A stretch of DNA of 64,000 nucleotides from Hyaloraphidium curvatum SAG 235-1 (taxonomy: Eukaryota > Fungi > Monoblepharomycota), in the NCBI GenBank assembly GCA_025558095.1, contig JAIVFI010000008.1, forward strand, positions 496,001-560,000, given 5' to 3'. The notes below the pieces were generated by a model. It saw only the letters and a list, made by a program, of their open reading frames with translations. It had not been told where the DNA came from and did no database searches. Shown one piece after another: positions 42,468-54,991 of this stretch. Each line of letters begins with the position of its first letter. Positions within the stretch are counted from its first letter, which is position 1. The position numbers and the translations under genes are program-made.

Positions 42468-44465
42468 TCAGACAATCATGCCGGGCAACCATTCCTTCAT
42501 GGCCTTAACGGCAAACGAGAGCGAGCCGCTCTCGTTGACAATGATCACCGCGGCACCGCCTGTCTCAGTATTGTACGCCGTGCGCGTCTCCCACCCGATT
42601 GCCTGGCCGTCGTGCCCGATCCATCCGCTGCCGAAGCTCTCCATCCCCAGGCCATACATAATGCTGCCTCCGTTGATGGGCCTGAAGGCGAGCCGTGCAG
42701 CCGCGGTTGCCTTACTCAGCTCGGCCGTGCCCAGCGCCGTGCCCGCCCATTTACCCAGGTCGGCGACGGTCGAGTACATGGCCCCCGCGGCCTGGCCCCA
42801 CGACGTCACGTCGTCCTGTTGTTCCGAGCCGAGCTCGACCTCAAGACCCTGGATCGCGAGCGAAAACTGGCCAAAGGCGTAGTTGTAGCCGCGCGAAAAG
42901 GGAGCAGGCATGGCCCGGTCGCCAGGCTTGGGGAGCGCCGTGTCGGTGAGACCCTTGACCCGGACGTTACGCGTGACAAGGTCAAAGATGGTCTGGCCCG
43001 TTAGGTTGCGCGCAATCTCGCCTAGCATGATGTAGTTGGTGTTGGAGTACGTCGCATCACCTCGGGCGGTGGCGTTGGCAAGGCCTGCTCTGATCAGCTC
43101 GTCTGCCGTGTAGATCTTGGAAGGGTTGTTCCACGCGTCGTTGATAATGGGGTCGACGGCGGCGTAATCAGGGAACCCGCTGCGCATGCCAATCAGCTCT
43201 CCGAGGGTGACGTCGGCCGTGTACGAGTGGGCCTTGGCAACATGGGGCAGGAGCACGGAAACCGTGTCTGTTAGCTTGATCCTGCCGACATCGACGAGCT
43301 TGAGGATCTCGGTGGCCACGAACGTCTTTGTGCAGGACCCGATGCGGCTGTGGTCCACCGTGGTCGCGTTGGTAGCGTTGGTCGCTTCTGTCATATTTGT
43401 TGCATTGGCCTTCGTCCAAGCCAGGCCGTCCGAAACGATTGCCCAACCCTTGGCTGGGTCCCATATGCCGACCCACACAGCGGGAATGTTCCCATCCATG
43501 TCTTGGATCAGGTTCGATAGCGTCTTTTGCAAGGCCGCTTTCGTCGTGGTGTTCATGGGAGTCTTTGTCGTCGTCGGGCCGGTCCACAGCTCGGACGTGT
43601 CATTGACGTTGCCGTTGGGCTTAGCAAATTCAGCGTCGTAGTAGGTGCCGAGGGCCTGGGCAAAATCGGTGCGGAAGGCCGGCTGGGCGCAGTACTGCGG
43701 GTTGTCGCGGATGAAGGCGGCAATGTCGATGCCGTGGGCGCTGGCCGGGATGCAGATGCCACAGGCGCGGACCTGGTCGCACGCACAGGCCAGACCGTCG
43801 ACGATCACGGCAGTTTCGTCTCTCCAGCAGGCACAGGCCGGCCCGGGCGGCTTGTTGACAGCACAAGCGGACGCCGTCTGGCGCGCTGTCTTGCTCGAGG
43901 CAGTTCCAAGGACGGCGGCTACGGTGATCGGCACGCCAAAGCACTTGTCAAGGCTGTGGCAGGTGCTGTTGAAGCAGCAGCCGGACAAGCACTGCGAGAA
44001 GTCCATGGAGCGCGAACACGTGAAGCCGACGGGACCTCCGGACGGTGGGCCAAAGCAACTTGCGGCCGAGCTGCACGTTCCATTGAAGCAGCAACCTGAA
44101 TCACACTGGTCGGGCGACGAGGCCGAGCAAGGCGTTCCGTCGTTGGGCTTCCAATCACCGAAGCAGCGCTCCCGTGCCGCGCACGTGCCGTTGAAGCAGC
44201 AGCCAGTAACGCAGGCGCCGTACGCGGAGGCGGCGCAGGGTGAGCCACGGGCGCGGCCCGCGGCGGTGACGGGGCTGTCGGCGGCAGCGTAGGCGCTTTT
44301 GCAAACGCTGGCCACGGAGCAGCGGCCAGCAATGCAGCACAGGGATCCACAGGCACCATGGGCCGCACAGGTGGCGCCGGTGGGTGACTGGGCCTGAGCG
44401 GGCATAGCGAAAGCAACGATCATAAAAAGGGCGGCGGTGGAGAGAGAGGCCGGCAGTGCCCGCAT
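42468..44465 (-). CDS. Secreted Cys-rich repeat protein fused to a serine beta-lactamase/D-Ala-D-Ala peptidase-family domain
   Basis: Signal peptide, repeated C..GCCFNGTC, SxxK (GSCTKTF), YSNTNY and GHDG. Confidence 0.85.
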   Translation of the reverse strand: MRALPASLSTAALFMIVAFAMPAQAQSPTGATCAAHGACGSLCCIAGRCSVASVCKSAYAAADSPVTAAGRARGSPCAASAYGACVTGCCFNGTCAARERCFGDWKPNDGTPCSASSPDQCDSGCCFNGTCSSAASCFGPPSGGPVGFTCSRSMDFSQCLSGCCFNSTCHSLDKCFGVPITVAAVLGTASSKTARQTASACAVNKPPGPACACWRDETAVIVDGLACACDQVRACGICIPASAHGIDIAAFIRDNPQYCAQPAFRTDFAQALGTYYDAEFAKPNGNVNDTSELWTGPTTTKTPMNTTTKAALQKTLSNLIQDMDGNIPAVWVGIWDPAKGWAIVSDGLAWTKANATNMTEATNATNATTVDHSRIGSCTKTFVATEILKLVDVGRIKLTDTVSVLLPHVAKAHSYTADVTLGELIGMRSGFPDYAAVDPIINDAWNNPSKIYTADELIRAGLANATARGDATYSNTNYIMLGEIARNLTGQTIFDLVTRNVRVKGLTDTALPKPGDRAMPAPFSRGYNYAFGQFSLAIQGLEVELGSEQQDDVTSWGQAAGAMYSTVADLGKWAGTALGTAELSKATAAARLAFRPINGGSIMYGLGMESFGSGWIGHDGQAIGWETRTAYNTETGGAAVIIVNESGSLSFAVKAMKEWLPGMIV

Positions 44466-44885
44466 CACCGATGAGATGCTGATGACCTAGTCTGTAGTCT
44501 TCGGGTTTCGCCAAAAGGTACCGTCAGTGTGGGGTTGAGGGTCCATACTTCGGTCGCTGCATCGGATGTCTCGAAAAGGAATGTCTCCGGTCAGTACATT
44601 CCCAAAGTAACTGATACCGCCCGCAAGCAGACGTAGGTTCCCGTTGAGGGAGTGAGTGCAAGCGTTCCTCTCTTGGTTTCGTTACGGCCGAGATAGAGGT
44701 TAAGGTTGTTCGTGTACGCCTTGATTGCAGAGGGAAGGGAGTGGGGAATTATCCCTTTGTGAATCAGATCGGTTTCTGAGGATAGGGATCATCGGCTGCC
44801 CATTTTGGGAAGGTAGGGGTGTGACTTACGCCACACAACTCGAGTCAGAGGAACAGGACATGGCCCTTGTCTTGTAAAGACTAGC

Positions 44886-47800
44886 ATGCCCTGCAAAGCA
44901 GCCATCGTGGCTCTCGCGGTTCTGCTGCTCGGAACCTTCTTTGCCGACTGCGAGGGCGCTTTTGTGAAAGCGAAGACATGGTGTCCTCTAGTCTGCTATC
45001 GCCTCGACTCCTTTGTGCTCACCGTTTCGTTAGCTGCGCTGGGTGTTCCTACCCGACGGGCTGCTGCTGCCCGCGGGTCCGCACCCTCACCAGAACAACG
45101 ACGACGACATACACTCAGTACACAGCAACCAAGAGGACTACATACACCATTGCTCTGGACTTCCCGCCCGATTGGGTGGTTGAGGGCACGAAAAGAGCCA
45201 TGATTTCCGGGGACGTGCAGGTCGGCGCACTCGCGGCTGACGAGGAGCACCATCTGTTTGCTCGGCATCGTTGCCCAACGTGTCCCCTTGGGGCGAAGTT
45301 TGCGAGCAGAGGCACACCGTGCTGCCCCCCACGACCAACCAGTGTCGTGGCCACCACAAGGACCGTTAAGGCCATCACGACCAGCACTGTCCTGTACTGC
45401 GAACCTGGATACGGCTTCGAAGACTGCCAGCGTTGCGCCGTGGGTTGGGCTTCGTCCGGTGGAATCAATGCCAGGTGTGCGCCGTGTCCGAACGGCCAGG
45501 CGACTCCGGACCAGACCGGCTGCGTCGCCACCTCGTGCATCCCCGCCCGATCCCGCTGCGACCCCGACAAAATCTGCGGCACTCAACCCAACGGATGTGG
45601 TGGCAACGTCTTTTGCGGAGCTTGCACGACCGGCCAGGCATGTACGGGCAACGGTACGCAGTGCGTTGCGAAGGTCTCCACGTGCAAGCCCAGGACAACA
45701 TGCGATGCTGGCCAAGTATGCGGTACCCAAGGGGACGGTTGTGGCGGCTTCGTCACTTGCGGCACTTGTTCAGCCGGAAGGGGCTGCAACGTGGCCCACA
45801 GTGCGTGCGACAATTTCACCCTGCCCGGTTGCGTTCCCGAGGACGTTTCTGCCACCTGTATCAAAGCTGGCAGGGTTTGCGGGACGACCCCAAACAACTG
45901 CGGAACCCAAGTCAACTGCGGAACATGCTCGGGAACAAAAGACACCTGCGCCATCGACGGATCTGCTTGCGTTGTCGGCGGGTCGGCAGCGGGAGCATTC
46001 TGCAGGCCCCTCACGACCTGCCCGAGCGGTGTGAATTGCGGGACGTACCCCAATGGTTGCGGAGGCTTCCTTGTCTGCGGCATTTGTCCCGGGTCACAGG
46101 TTTGCAGCTCCAGTGGAGACCGTTGTGGGGTGCGTTTGTCGGACATTTATCGCAAATCCGCTCTGAGCATCCGTTTTGCCGCATTTAGGCCCCGCCACCA
46201 GCCTGCAAGCCGAAAACATCGTGCAGCGGAGGTCGGATCTGCGGATCCGAACCAGATGGATGTGGAGGCGTCGTGCGCTGCGGTGCGTGCACATCCGGAC
46301 AGGTCTGCAGCACCGACCAGCGATTTTGCTTCACGCCCCAAGCCGCATGTGCTCCCAAGACCTTCGATTTGGCGTGCGGAGCAAAGCAGTGTGGATCCGC
46401 ACACGATGGATGCGGTGGCACTGTCCCTTGTGGATCATGTGCAAACGGTTGGCATTGCGACACCGCGACTTCTCAATGCGCGCCCGGAGTAGCACCAAGC
46501 TGCACGCCAAAGACGAGCTGCGCAGTTGGCAGAGTGTGCGGCTTCGAGGACGATGGATGTGGAAGCATCGTATCCTGCTCCTCGCAGCCGGACGGGACCT
46601 GTGCCGGCGGCATTCCCGGGAGTGCGGTTTCCGCCTATACGTGTTCGCCCAGTGGCTACAGTTGCACTCCCGTTACACCTTGGTGCACGTGAGTTTCGAG
46701 GTGCGAGACGCGGAGCCGTCATTCACTACCTCCTTCGACAGTCCAATCCAGCATTGCAACAACACGGGTCTAACCCAGACCGTGTCAAACGGCCCTTTCG
46801 TCATAATTCGATCCCAGTGTGGCTTTGCCGATGACGGTTGCGGAGGTACTCTGCGCTGCGACACATGCCCCAACGGCCACACATGTAGCCAGGGCTTCTG
46901 CCTTCAGGGCGTCTTGACCGCGACAAAGACCGTCATGACAACGCGTTCCACCATCACCAGAACAACTCAGCCGACTACCACGACGCGCACATGCGGGACA
47001 CCAACTGCTATCCCACTCTTCACGGAGCGCCCTGGTCAGGTCTTCCAAGTCACAAGCCCTGACTGCAAAGGACCTGGCACGATGGACGAAGCGATTCAAA
47101 AAGCGAACGGAAACCCTGGAATCGATACCGTGGTCCTCATGGTTGACATTGACAAGATGCACATAGACCCCTACGACAACACATCTTGTTGGCTCACACC
47201 CTCGGAGGCATTGCGGGCATGGACAATCACGGAATCTGTCGTCATTGAAGGCAATGGGCATTCGATCATCGGCCACTACTCCTGGGTAGGCTCGGATGGA
47301 TCTCTGAACAACGTGAATGTCCCGAAGTGCCCGAGTTCCCAAAGGGGCGTCATAATCACTTCAGAAACGGTCGGGATGTTCAACATCGGCGCCCCAGGCA
47401 AGGACAACAATTGGGACCTTCACGTCACTCTGCGCAATGTCAAGATTGACGGGGTTCGGAGCATCGCCGACGTCCGCGAAAGGTCCATCTTCGACATGCT
47501 AAACGTGGACGCGACCAACGTGATCGACTATATCCGGAGCTGCCAAAGTGTACCGATTCAGGTTCGATATGGCTCTATACTGCGCATTCGCAACTCGAAC
47601 TTCAGTGACTTCCACAACTGGGCGGAGTCTATTGGAGGAATGGGTGCTGGCGTCATTGCTGCGGATCGCGGTTGCTATCTTGAAGCCGTCGACTCAGTCT
47701 TCACAAGGACCTACGATGCGGGTTTCATTGTCTGGACCCCCATGGAGGGCTCTTACGTGAACATCGTCAACACTTACATTACTGGTGCTCAGGGCATACA

Positions 47801-48494
47801 AGTGTTCCCCTCGCGGAACGAGAAAACGATAGTAAACATCGTCAACAGTGTGATCTTCCTCGGCGATAGCGACTTCGGAGAGATCGAGACGGAGGACACT
47901 TGTGTCTTTATGGGGTCCAAAACCGTTGTCAACGTTAAAGCTTCCAGCGTTGTGGTGGCATCAATTGTCTGTCATGGTACATGCGATTGGGGGAGCGACT
48001 TTTCGTCTCTGCAAGGAGCCAAAGTGAACGTCGTTGAATCGGCGTTCAATGCTTTCGACCCAGATGGTCTGAACAAGAGCAGCAGCACGCGGCGCAACCT
48101 GCCTCTGCTGGGTGGAGACGGCAGCTTCACCGCGGACAGGTTTACTTGGGTGCTCCCGACTAGGCTGCAAGGCCCCAGTGCTCTGAAGACGCGCATGCAG
48201 CAGCCGCAACTCCTTACAGCCGATCCGGGCTTGGCCTACATTGACCCCCGGGATAACGTTATTTTGGATATGTGGGCCAAGGGGCAGCCTACGAACCTGT
48301 TTCCGCTCGAAAAAGACGGCACGGGAAAGCCAGGCTTGCTCATCGGCAGAATTACGAGTGCTGGTCCTACCGGGGTCAACAGCCTACGGAGCCCGATCTA
48401 CCCTTATGCAGTTCTCACGACCGATGCACTTGGCAATCCCCGTACGGACAAATTGAACCGCCGCGACATTGGGGGTCTTCAGAAGGGAATGTGA
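44886..48494 (+). CDS. Secreted, multi-exon Cys-rich repeat protein with C-terminal beta-helix/choice-of-anchor-Q-like domain
   Basis: Signal peptide, many CGxxx(D/N)GCGGxxxCGxC repeats spread over three frames (introns), a Thr-rich linker, and DALGNPR...RDIGG at the end. Confidence 0.75.
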
Positions 48495-49847
48495 CCAATG
48501 AGTCCGACAGTAGATATCCCGAAAGGGAGAGTAGTCAACTTCTTTTCATTGATGGCAATATCCATAGGGAAGGCAGATCCATCGTTTCCAAGATCGGTGG
48601 GATTGTCATCCGTGAAACCCTTGACTGACTCCACCACCACCACGTCGTTGACGCGTTGCATACCGTACGCTGAGTTTGAACCAACTGTAGCGGGATACAA
48701 GTGGGCGCCGCCACCTCGTCACTGTTGATCAGGCGCGGGACAAACCTGTTTGAGATTCCGCCGCGCCCTCCATCTCGCGTCCGAGCCTTCCGCCTGATCA
48801 TCGCCTTGGATATCTGCCAAGACATGGTCCCTGCGGGCGTTCAGCTCGTTCGTGCGCACCTTGTACTTGCTCCGGGATAAACAGGCGGATGTCAACGAGA
48901 TTTTGAAGCCATCTTGCGGTTCTGAAACAAGTTGTGCCCCATTGGCAGACGCATGAGACAGCAGAGCCGACGATGCCCAGCATCTCGCCTCCAAAATCCT
49001 TCAGAAAGAAGAACCAGCTGGAGAGACCAGACGGCACCTTGTATCCGATAGCGGCTGCTATCATTCCAAGGCGTCAATAGATCCAGCATACTCCGTCGAG
49101 TGTGGTAAACTGAACAGAATCCAAGCGATGGGCGCTTTGAGAAAGTAAATCTAGTTACGCTCGTCATTCGACGTGTCCTATTTGACACTGCAGGTTGCGT
49201 TTTAGACCGCGTCTAGGCGGACGAGTAGGCTGCTTTCATGCCACGGCGAGGCTTGTGCAGGCACTCGGCCATATCCTCTGGCTCGCGCCGGTCCAGTCCA
49301 AGGACTCGAGATGGAGGCACAGTCCCTATATAGCTACTGTGGGGCATCGCAGGCTGGCGGCTTAGTAGTATTAGGCCGCTAAGAATACCGCCGCCAGGAG
49401 GCGACCATGGTCATTCACGTCGACGAGGACGAGAAAGAGGAGGCATCCCCGGTGCCTCCGGAGCGTCGCAGTCGCACTTTCCGGACCGCGGAGATGGTCG
49501 TCGACAACGAGCTCGATAGCGACGACGACGACTCCGGGGACGCTGTCCAGCCCATCCGGACGAGTGCGATGAGGACAACAACGATGAATTGGCCGTGACA
49601 GTTCAGGAAGCGCTGGACGGGGAATTCGATGCGGAGGTTGGTCTGGCGCTGGCAATGAACGCCGACGCCTGGGCGGAAATCCAGGCTGGGCGCCGTCCGA
49701 CTCCCAGTGACGTGGAGGCCGCTCTATTGATTGTACGCGTCTCGGCAGGATTTCTAGGCGAAAACCGTAGTCGAAGCTTTGTAAGTTTCCGCTCAAGCAC
49801 CCAGCACTGGACTGTAGCCTTTCCAACGCACATCGTTCGAGCACGCC

Positions 49848-51059
49848 ATGCACCGCTCTTGGAGAAAGACGTCCCCCGCCGACGTCGACACTGTCCCCAC
49901 CGGACGGCCGCGACTGCTGCCGGAGCTCATGAAGCTCGTGGCGACGTGCGCATTCCGTGCGAAGACGTGGAACCTCCCGCAGCTCCTGAGTTTCATGCTC
50001 ACCTGCCGCGACACTTACTTCCTCCTGCTGCCGCTTTTCCTCGAGGAAATCTACCTGGGTGACGATGTAGCCCCGCCGCGGATCCGCGAGTGCAGGGCGG
50101 CCGCTTTCCGCGCCGACTTCCTCGGCAGCGACAAATTCCAACACGTGCGCAAGCTGAGCTTCTACCATGACCAGGGCTGTCCCGAGAGCTTGCAGGTCTT
50201 AGCGCTCTGCATGCCGAGCGCACGTGAAGTCGAGCTCTTCGGATCCTGGGACCGATTGGACGCAGTACGCATCTGGGGTGCGCTGCAGATGGCACGGAAC
50301 CTGCAGAAGCTCGAAGTCGGGCCCAACTATCGTCTTTACCGGCCGCCGACGACCGGATACTTGCTACCCACACATCTCCGGCGTCTCGCGTTCGCAAAGG
50401 GTGAAGTCGCGTTCACAGTCATCGCGCAGTTCATGGCGGACCTCGAGTTGCAAGCGCACATGGTCGACGAATTTTATCTGGTCGGCGGCATTGACCCCAA
50501 GCTTGGAATCGGTCCCACTCTTCTGGGCAAGATGCGAGCAGGGTCCGTCGACCTCGACCGCAACCTTAGCTGGCTCCTGTCTTCGCCGGACATCGCGCTC
50601 GAGCAGCTTGAGATCTTCTGTGGCTTCAACAGCACCACGGCGTTCGCCGCCCTTTCGTCGTCGCCTCCCTCGGAGTCCGTTGTGGATCTGGTGCTAAACC
50701 GCGGCTCCGCAGGAGTCCTCGGTGCTGTTCTTCCCCTCTTCCCGGCCGCCCGACGAATCGCGGTGAAGAATCCGCGACCATGGCCCGGAGTCTCTGCAGA
50801 GTACCTCGAGAAGATCTCGACAAAGCTCCGTGGGACGGCCGAGTCACTGGCCATCGCCACCCCGGGGCTGACGCACGAGGACTGGAAGGGTCCCGAGTGG
50901 GAGAAGAGTTGGTGGATTTCGCTCTGTAGCGGGAAGTCCATTCTTTCGGAGAGGGTTAGTAAGGACGGCGAGTCGGGGAACAGTGGGGATTGCGTCGAAG
51001 ATATGGTCTTGAGCAGCGAGCCGGACAATTGGTGGGATTTGCTCGGTTGCTACTGTTGA
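49848..51059 (+). CDS. F-box-like/LRR-like protein, host-type
   Basis: RLLPELMKLVA...LLSFMLTCRDTYFLLLPLFLEEIYL; LRR-like leucine periodicity. Confidence 0.65.
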   Translation: MHRSWRKTSPADVDTVPTGRPRLLPELMKLVATCAFRAKTWNLPQLLSFMLTCRDTYFLLLPLFLEEIYLGDDVAPPRIRECRAAAFRADFLGSDKFQHVRKLSFYHDQGCPESLQVLALCMPSAREVELFGSWDRLDAVRIWGALQMARNLQKLEVGPNYRLYRPPTTGYLLPTHLRRLAFAKGEVAFTVIAQFMADLELQAHMVDEFYLVGGIDPKLGIGPTLLGKMRAGSVDLDRNLSWLLSSPDIALEQLEIFCGFNSTTAFAALSSSPPSESVVDLVLNRGSAGVLGAVLPLFPAARRIAVKNPRPWPGVSAEYLEKISTKLRGTAESLAIATPGLTHEDWKGPEWEKSWWISLCSGKSILSERVSKDGESGNSGDCVEDMVLSSEPDNWWDLLGCYC

Positions 51060-51267
51060 TGGTTACGGCAAAGTGTCAATTGACGGTGGCGCTCATGCCT
51101 TTTGAGTAGGCCTCTGGTCCCTGTCGAGACAGCGTTTACGCGCTCTCGGCAACGCCGCTATGCGCGCAAATCAAGTACCGAGCCATACTCAGGAGGGGCA
51201 TCCGTGTCGGGGGCAACTGGGTGAGAAGGGCAGCCAGGGTGACAAAATCCTGGTGTGTGGGCGCACA

Positions 51268-51681
51268 TTACTGCGTGGTCGATGTTTCGGACGAGGGAGA
51301 AAAGGGTTCTGTTGTGGTGTTGGGCCCAACACGAACATAAAGTCCGAGCATGCGTTTCCCGTCTCGACACACTTCTGTCACGACGACATCTGCCGACGGG
51401 TATTTTCGCTTCACGGCGTCCTCCAACAACCGCAGCGGCCATGCCGACGTTTGTGCGCTTTTGCCAGTGTATATCTCGACGAGATTCCGCGCCTCTTCCA
51501 GCGACACGCGGGCAGAACCGTCGGTGCCGGGGACCAGGTGCTTGTTTACGATAAAATCGTAGACGGCAGCACTCCGCTTCCCACGGTGTGACGTCCTCTG
51601 GATGCCCATTCTCCCATGACGTCGCGGTCGGTGAATGGTTTCTACTGCCATTATTATCGAATATACTTCCAATTGGTCCAA
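51268..51681 (-). CDS. Hypothetical protein, possible winged-helix-like domain
   Basis: AVYDFIVNKHL...RVSLEEARNLVE loosely resembles the wHTH tails elsewhere in the element. Confidence 0.3.
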   Translation of the reverse strand: MDQLEVYSIIMAVETIHRPRRHGRMGIQRTSHRGKRSAAVYDFIVNKHLVPGTDGSARVSLEEARNLVEIYTGKSAQTSAWPLRLLEDAVKRKYPSADVVVTEVCRDGKRMLGLYVRVGPNTTTEPFSPSSETSTTQ

Positions 51682-51707
51682 ACTTCTTTATGAATCGATC
51701 CGATCGG

Positions 51708-52292
51708 TCATGCGAAGATCGCAATGGACGCCTCCAGAGTTGCCAGGTGTTGAATCGGGATGCCCGACAGGGCGAGATCGAACCGGTCTTTCTCTGCCCC
51801 AGTGAGGATGGTGCCGTCGAGACTGTAGTGGAACGCGGCCCACGATTTCCCGACCTTTTCAAGGAGGCGATTCCGTTCCAGGCGCCCCCGAGCAGCAATC
51901 TCCGGACCCTGGGTTTCCAGGTCCGACACGCAATTCATCTGCACCATGACGTTGGGTGCGATGAATCTGGAGAGCATGTGCAAGGTCCGTCGCATTTTGT
52001 CCACCGTCCTCGCGCTGTGGACCCGTCGTGCGGAGATCGCCTCGACCCACCCCGACAACATGGGGCGCCAGAAGCTTTGGATGAACACTCCTGCCATGAG
52101 AAAGTCGAAAACGTCCATCTTGATGTGGGCCCAAAGTAGAAACTCGTCGTTCGTAACAGGCGCCCCTGGGTAGATCCTCGACGCCTCGACCACGTTCCAA
52201 TCGTTTTCGAGCAGCGACAAGCCCACTTGGAGGGCGCTGTCGACTCGGGATAGCATGCTGTTGCGGTAAAGCGCAGCTTCAACGCTGTTCAT
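51708..52292 (-). CDS. Hypothetical protein
   Basis: ATG ORF of about 194 aa, divergent from the GT-like gene. Confidence 0.55.
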   Translation of the reverse strand: MNSVEAALYRNSMLSRVDSALQVGLSLLENDWNVVEASRIYPGAPVTNDEFLLWAHIKMDVFDFLMAGVFIQSFWRPMLSGWVEAISARRVHSARTVDKMRRTLHMLSRFIAPNVMVQMNCVSDLETQGPEIAARGRLERNRLLEKVGKSWAAFHYSLDGTILTGAEKDRFDLALSGIPIQHLATLEASIAIFA

Positions 52293-52434
52293 GTCGAAGA
52301 AGGAGGAGAAAAAGAATTTCCGCCACCGACACACGTGACGGATTTGGGTCCGATTCCGATTGTAAGCTTTAAGATCCCACGTTCTCCGAACCCCTTTTCC
52401 CATAAAACCGAGTCGGGAGTCTCCCTGAACCGAA

Positions 52435-53462
52435 ATGGCGGACGTGGAGGGGGGCTTCTTGATTTGCTTCTCGGCCTTTCACTTGGAAGACATCCGGGAT
52501 GTAGCCGCAATGAAGGACATGCTATCCAGCTGGGCCAACCAGACCATCCCCGCGGCCCTCCTCATGCATGGGAGTGCCGCACCTGACATCAAGCCGGTGG
52601 CGGATCGCGAGCTCGAGAAACTGGGGCATTTGGAAAGGCTTTTCGTCGAAGTGGAAGAGGGTCGCGCCTCGCAGTTCCAACACTATCGCAGCTGCTGCAT
52701 GCGCATGATTGAATGCTTCGGCTTGGAGGAGGCATGCAAGTTTTGGGTCGTTTTCAGCGACGCCGACGATATCTGGTCACCTAGACGACTGGAGCGGTAC
52801 TACGACGTGCTCATGTGCTTCGATCAACCGTTCGATGCGATTCGCTAGCCGTACTTGAACGGAGGAGATCTTCCCAAAGGCACGGCACAACCCCGAACGT
52901 GGGAAGAAGTCGAAAAGTTGGATCTGCCCAATCACACGGACAACTTGGAGCACTGGCAAACCGCCGTCCGCTTTCCGACCTCCTTCTCCGTCTCTTTTCG
53001 GTTGCGACGGAAGACATGATCAAGAATCCCTACTGCGATCTCTACTTTCGCTCTTTCATGTGCCTAAACCAAAAGACCGTATCCAGATCGAAGGAGGCGG
53101 TGTATTTCTATCGCAAACGCCCGGGGTCGGAGACCGGGACCAGTGGCGACAGGGTCCGACACGAACTCTACGCCCGATTCCAAATCTACAAGCAATTTCG
53201 TAGCGAGATGGGCCGACTCACTGGGGACGAATCACTCGCTTTTTACTTTGCGCATGGTCTCGTCCTCGTGATGCTAGCGTGGAAATCGGACAAGTTCATC
53301 CGAGAGTGGACCATCGAGCAGTCACCCGAACATTACGGGATCCGGAATGCATTGCGGGACTTTGTGGAGGCGGCCTTCTCCGACGGAGAGTTCTCGAGTG
53401 CGTTTCGGCCAAGCCTGGAGGCAGTTGAAATGTCTCCTTCTTGTCTTCAAAAGATGGATTGA
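52435..53462 (+). pseudogene. GT-A (GT2-like) glycosyltransferase with in-frame stop (52846-52848) and a frameshift near 52975
   Basis: SWANQT, WVVFSDADDIWSPRRL and YFYRKRPGS; the frame continues sensibly past the TAG (PYLNGG...LEHWQTAVR). Confidence 0.65.
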
Positions 53463-53743
53463 CGTGTGAATTGCATCCATACGATGTCCACCGAGATCCG
53501 GCTCCTCGCTGCCGATGTGAAGACCTGGAGACACCTCCTACGCGTCCAACCCACCGACGCCGCCATCACATGCATCCATGGGCTCGCAGACTCGGATCTC
53601 CATCATCTCCACGATTTCGAAACCGTTCTCGGCAATGAAGTTGCGCTCCGGATCGGTCCACATGCAACTTCGGCCGACCTGCCTCCATCTCGGAAAGGCT
53701 GCAACACTCCCGGTTTCAACCCTTCCGAGGCGTTTGCGTCAAC

Positions 53744-54460
53744 TTGAAGCGCGACCCTGTGTCCGTTGCGACGATGCTGTCCACTTCCCGCATCGTTTCA
53801 TGCAAAATCCAAATTTGTGATGTGTTAATCTTGGTGGCTTCAATTCACAAGTCCGTCGACATCCCACTCCTCCTGTCACTCCTCTGGTTCAATGGAATCG
53901 CACAATCCGACCCCGACATTGCCGCTACGGTGCTCTTGGGCGAATTCCTAGACAACACCGCCCACACATGCAACTACTTGCACGACATCGGCATCCCATA
54001 CGCCAAAATCACCAACAACTTCCACAGACTCAACGAATTCGGCGTGTTTGCGGTTCCTTCCCGCGAAAACATCGGCATCGAGCTGAATTCCCAACGAATC
54101 GAGCGTATTGGTATCGCCTCATGCATGATCGATGTGACCCTGGCCATCACATGGGCTCACGGCCCCACCGCGATCCAACCAGAGCGAGAAGTTGGAGCAG
54201 ATTTGAATGACCCGGTCCTTTCATTCGTGATCTCGCATTTCGACATCGTCACCACGCGACCGCTTCCCTCCGTCGAAGGCAACCATCTCTTTGCGCTGTT
54301 TTCGGCACTTTGCAAGAATCGCGACATCCCAAGGCGAGACTTCATCCGACGCATGAACAAACTCGTCGACGAGGGCACATTGGCCGGGGTTTCGACCACG
54401 GTGGAGAGAGATGAAGTGCATTGGTATCGCGGTTTGATGCGGAAAGGCCTCGTTGGGTGA
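53744..54460 (+). CDS. Hypothetical protein with D5-type C-terminal winged helix (start uncertain)
   Basis: DPVLSFVISHF...GNHLFALF...IPRRDFIRRM...WYRGL parallels the tail of the EEP protein. Confidence 0.55.
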   Translation: MKRDPVSVATMLSTSRIVSCKIQICDVLILVASIHKSVDIPLLLSLLWFNGIAQSDPDIAATVLLGEFLDNTAHTCNYLHDIGIPYAKITNNFHRLNEFGVFAVPSRENIGIELNSQRIERIGIASCMIDVTLAITWAHGPTAIQPEREVGADLNDPVLSFVISHFDIVTTRPLPSVEGNHLFALFSALCKNRDIPRRDFIRRMNKLVDEGTLAGVSTTVERDEVHWYRGLMRKGLVG

Positions 54461-54468
54461 GATCTACA

Positions 54469-54867
54469 TCAGCTACTTGCATCGACCAATCTGCTGCTCC
54501 CGACCACGTCTCCGGTGGCTTGCTCACTCAAGAACCTGCACGTTTTTAGCATTGCTTTCCGTGTTGAACCTTTCGTTTTGTAGAAAGCGTTGATAATTGC
54601 AAAGATTCCATCGGTATCTCTCAAAAAGGCTGTGTTCGGAAGTTGTGACGGTGGAAGTCTTCTTGCGATCGATGCCACCCTCGCCCTGGTGGACTTGTCG
54701 TCGAGTTTCGATGTCGGCTCCTTGGATCGGAGCATCGTGTATGCGCCATAGAGCCTCGCCAGCCTCACAAGACGCTCTTTATAGCCTTGTAACGTCGCTT
54801 CCGACCATTCCCGCGAGTTGTTCAGAGTTTTGAGAAAGTCTCCCAGTGGAATTGGTGGTCTCGACAT
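54469..54867 (-). pseudogene. Truncated N-terminal domain of a tyrosine-recombinase paralog
   Basis: WSEATLQGYKERLVRLARL...IFAII...STRKAML versus LSPVSIKNYADCVLRIGRL...IYKLL...ETRKLY. Confidence 0.55.
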
Positions 54868-54991
54868 GAATCCGATATGGTTTGTATCGCGAAAATCAAT
54901 TCATTGCTTCAAGCGGGAAACCAACAGCACCGTCGCCTTTTACCCTTCCTGGGCGGTTCTACCTCGGCAATCTCGTTTTCCAGGTCGGAAA

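Noticed and set aside
42468-43500. Antibiotic-resistance beta-lactamase or bacterial contamination
   Set aside because: The domain belongs to the broad serine-hydrolase/peptidase family and is fused to a eukaryote-style secreted Cys-rich region; substrate unknown.
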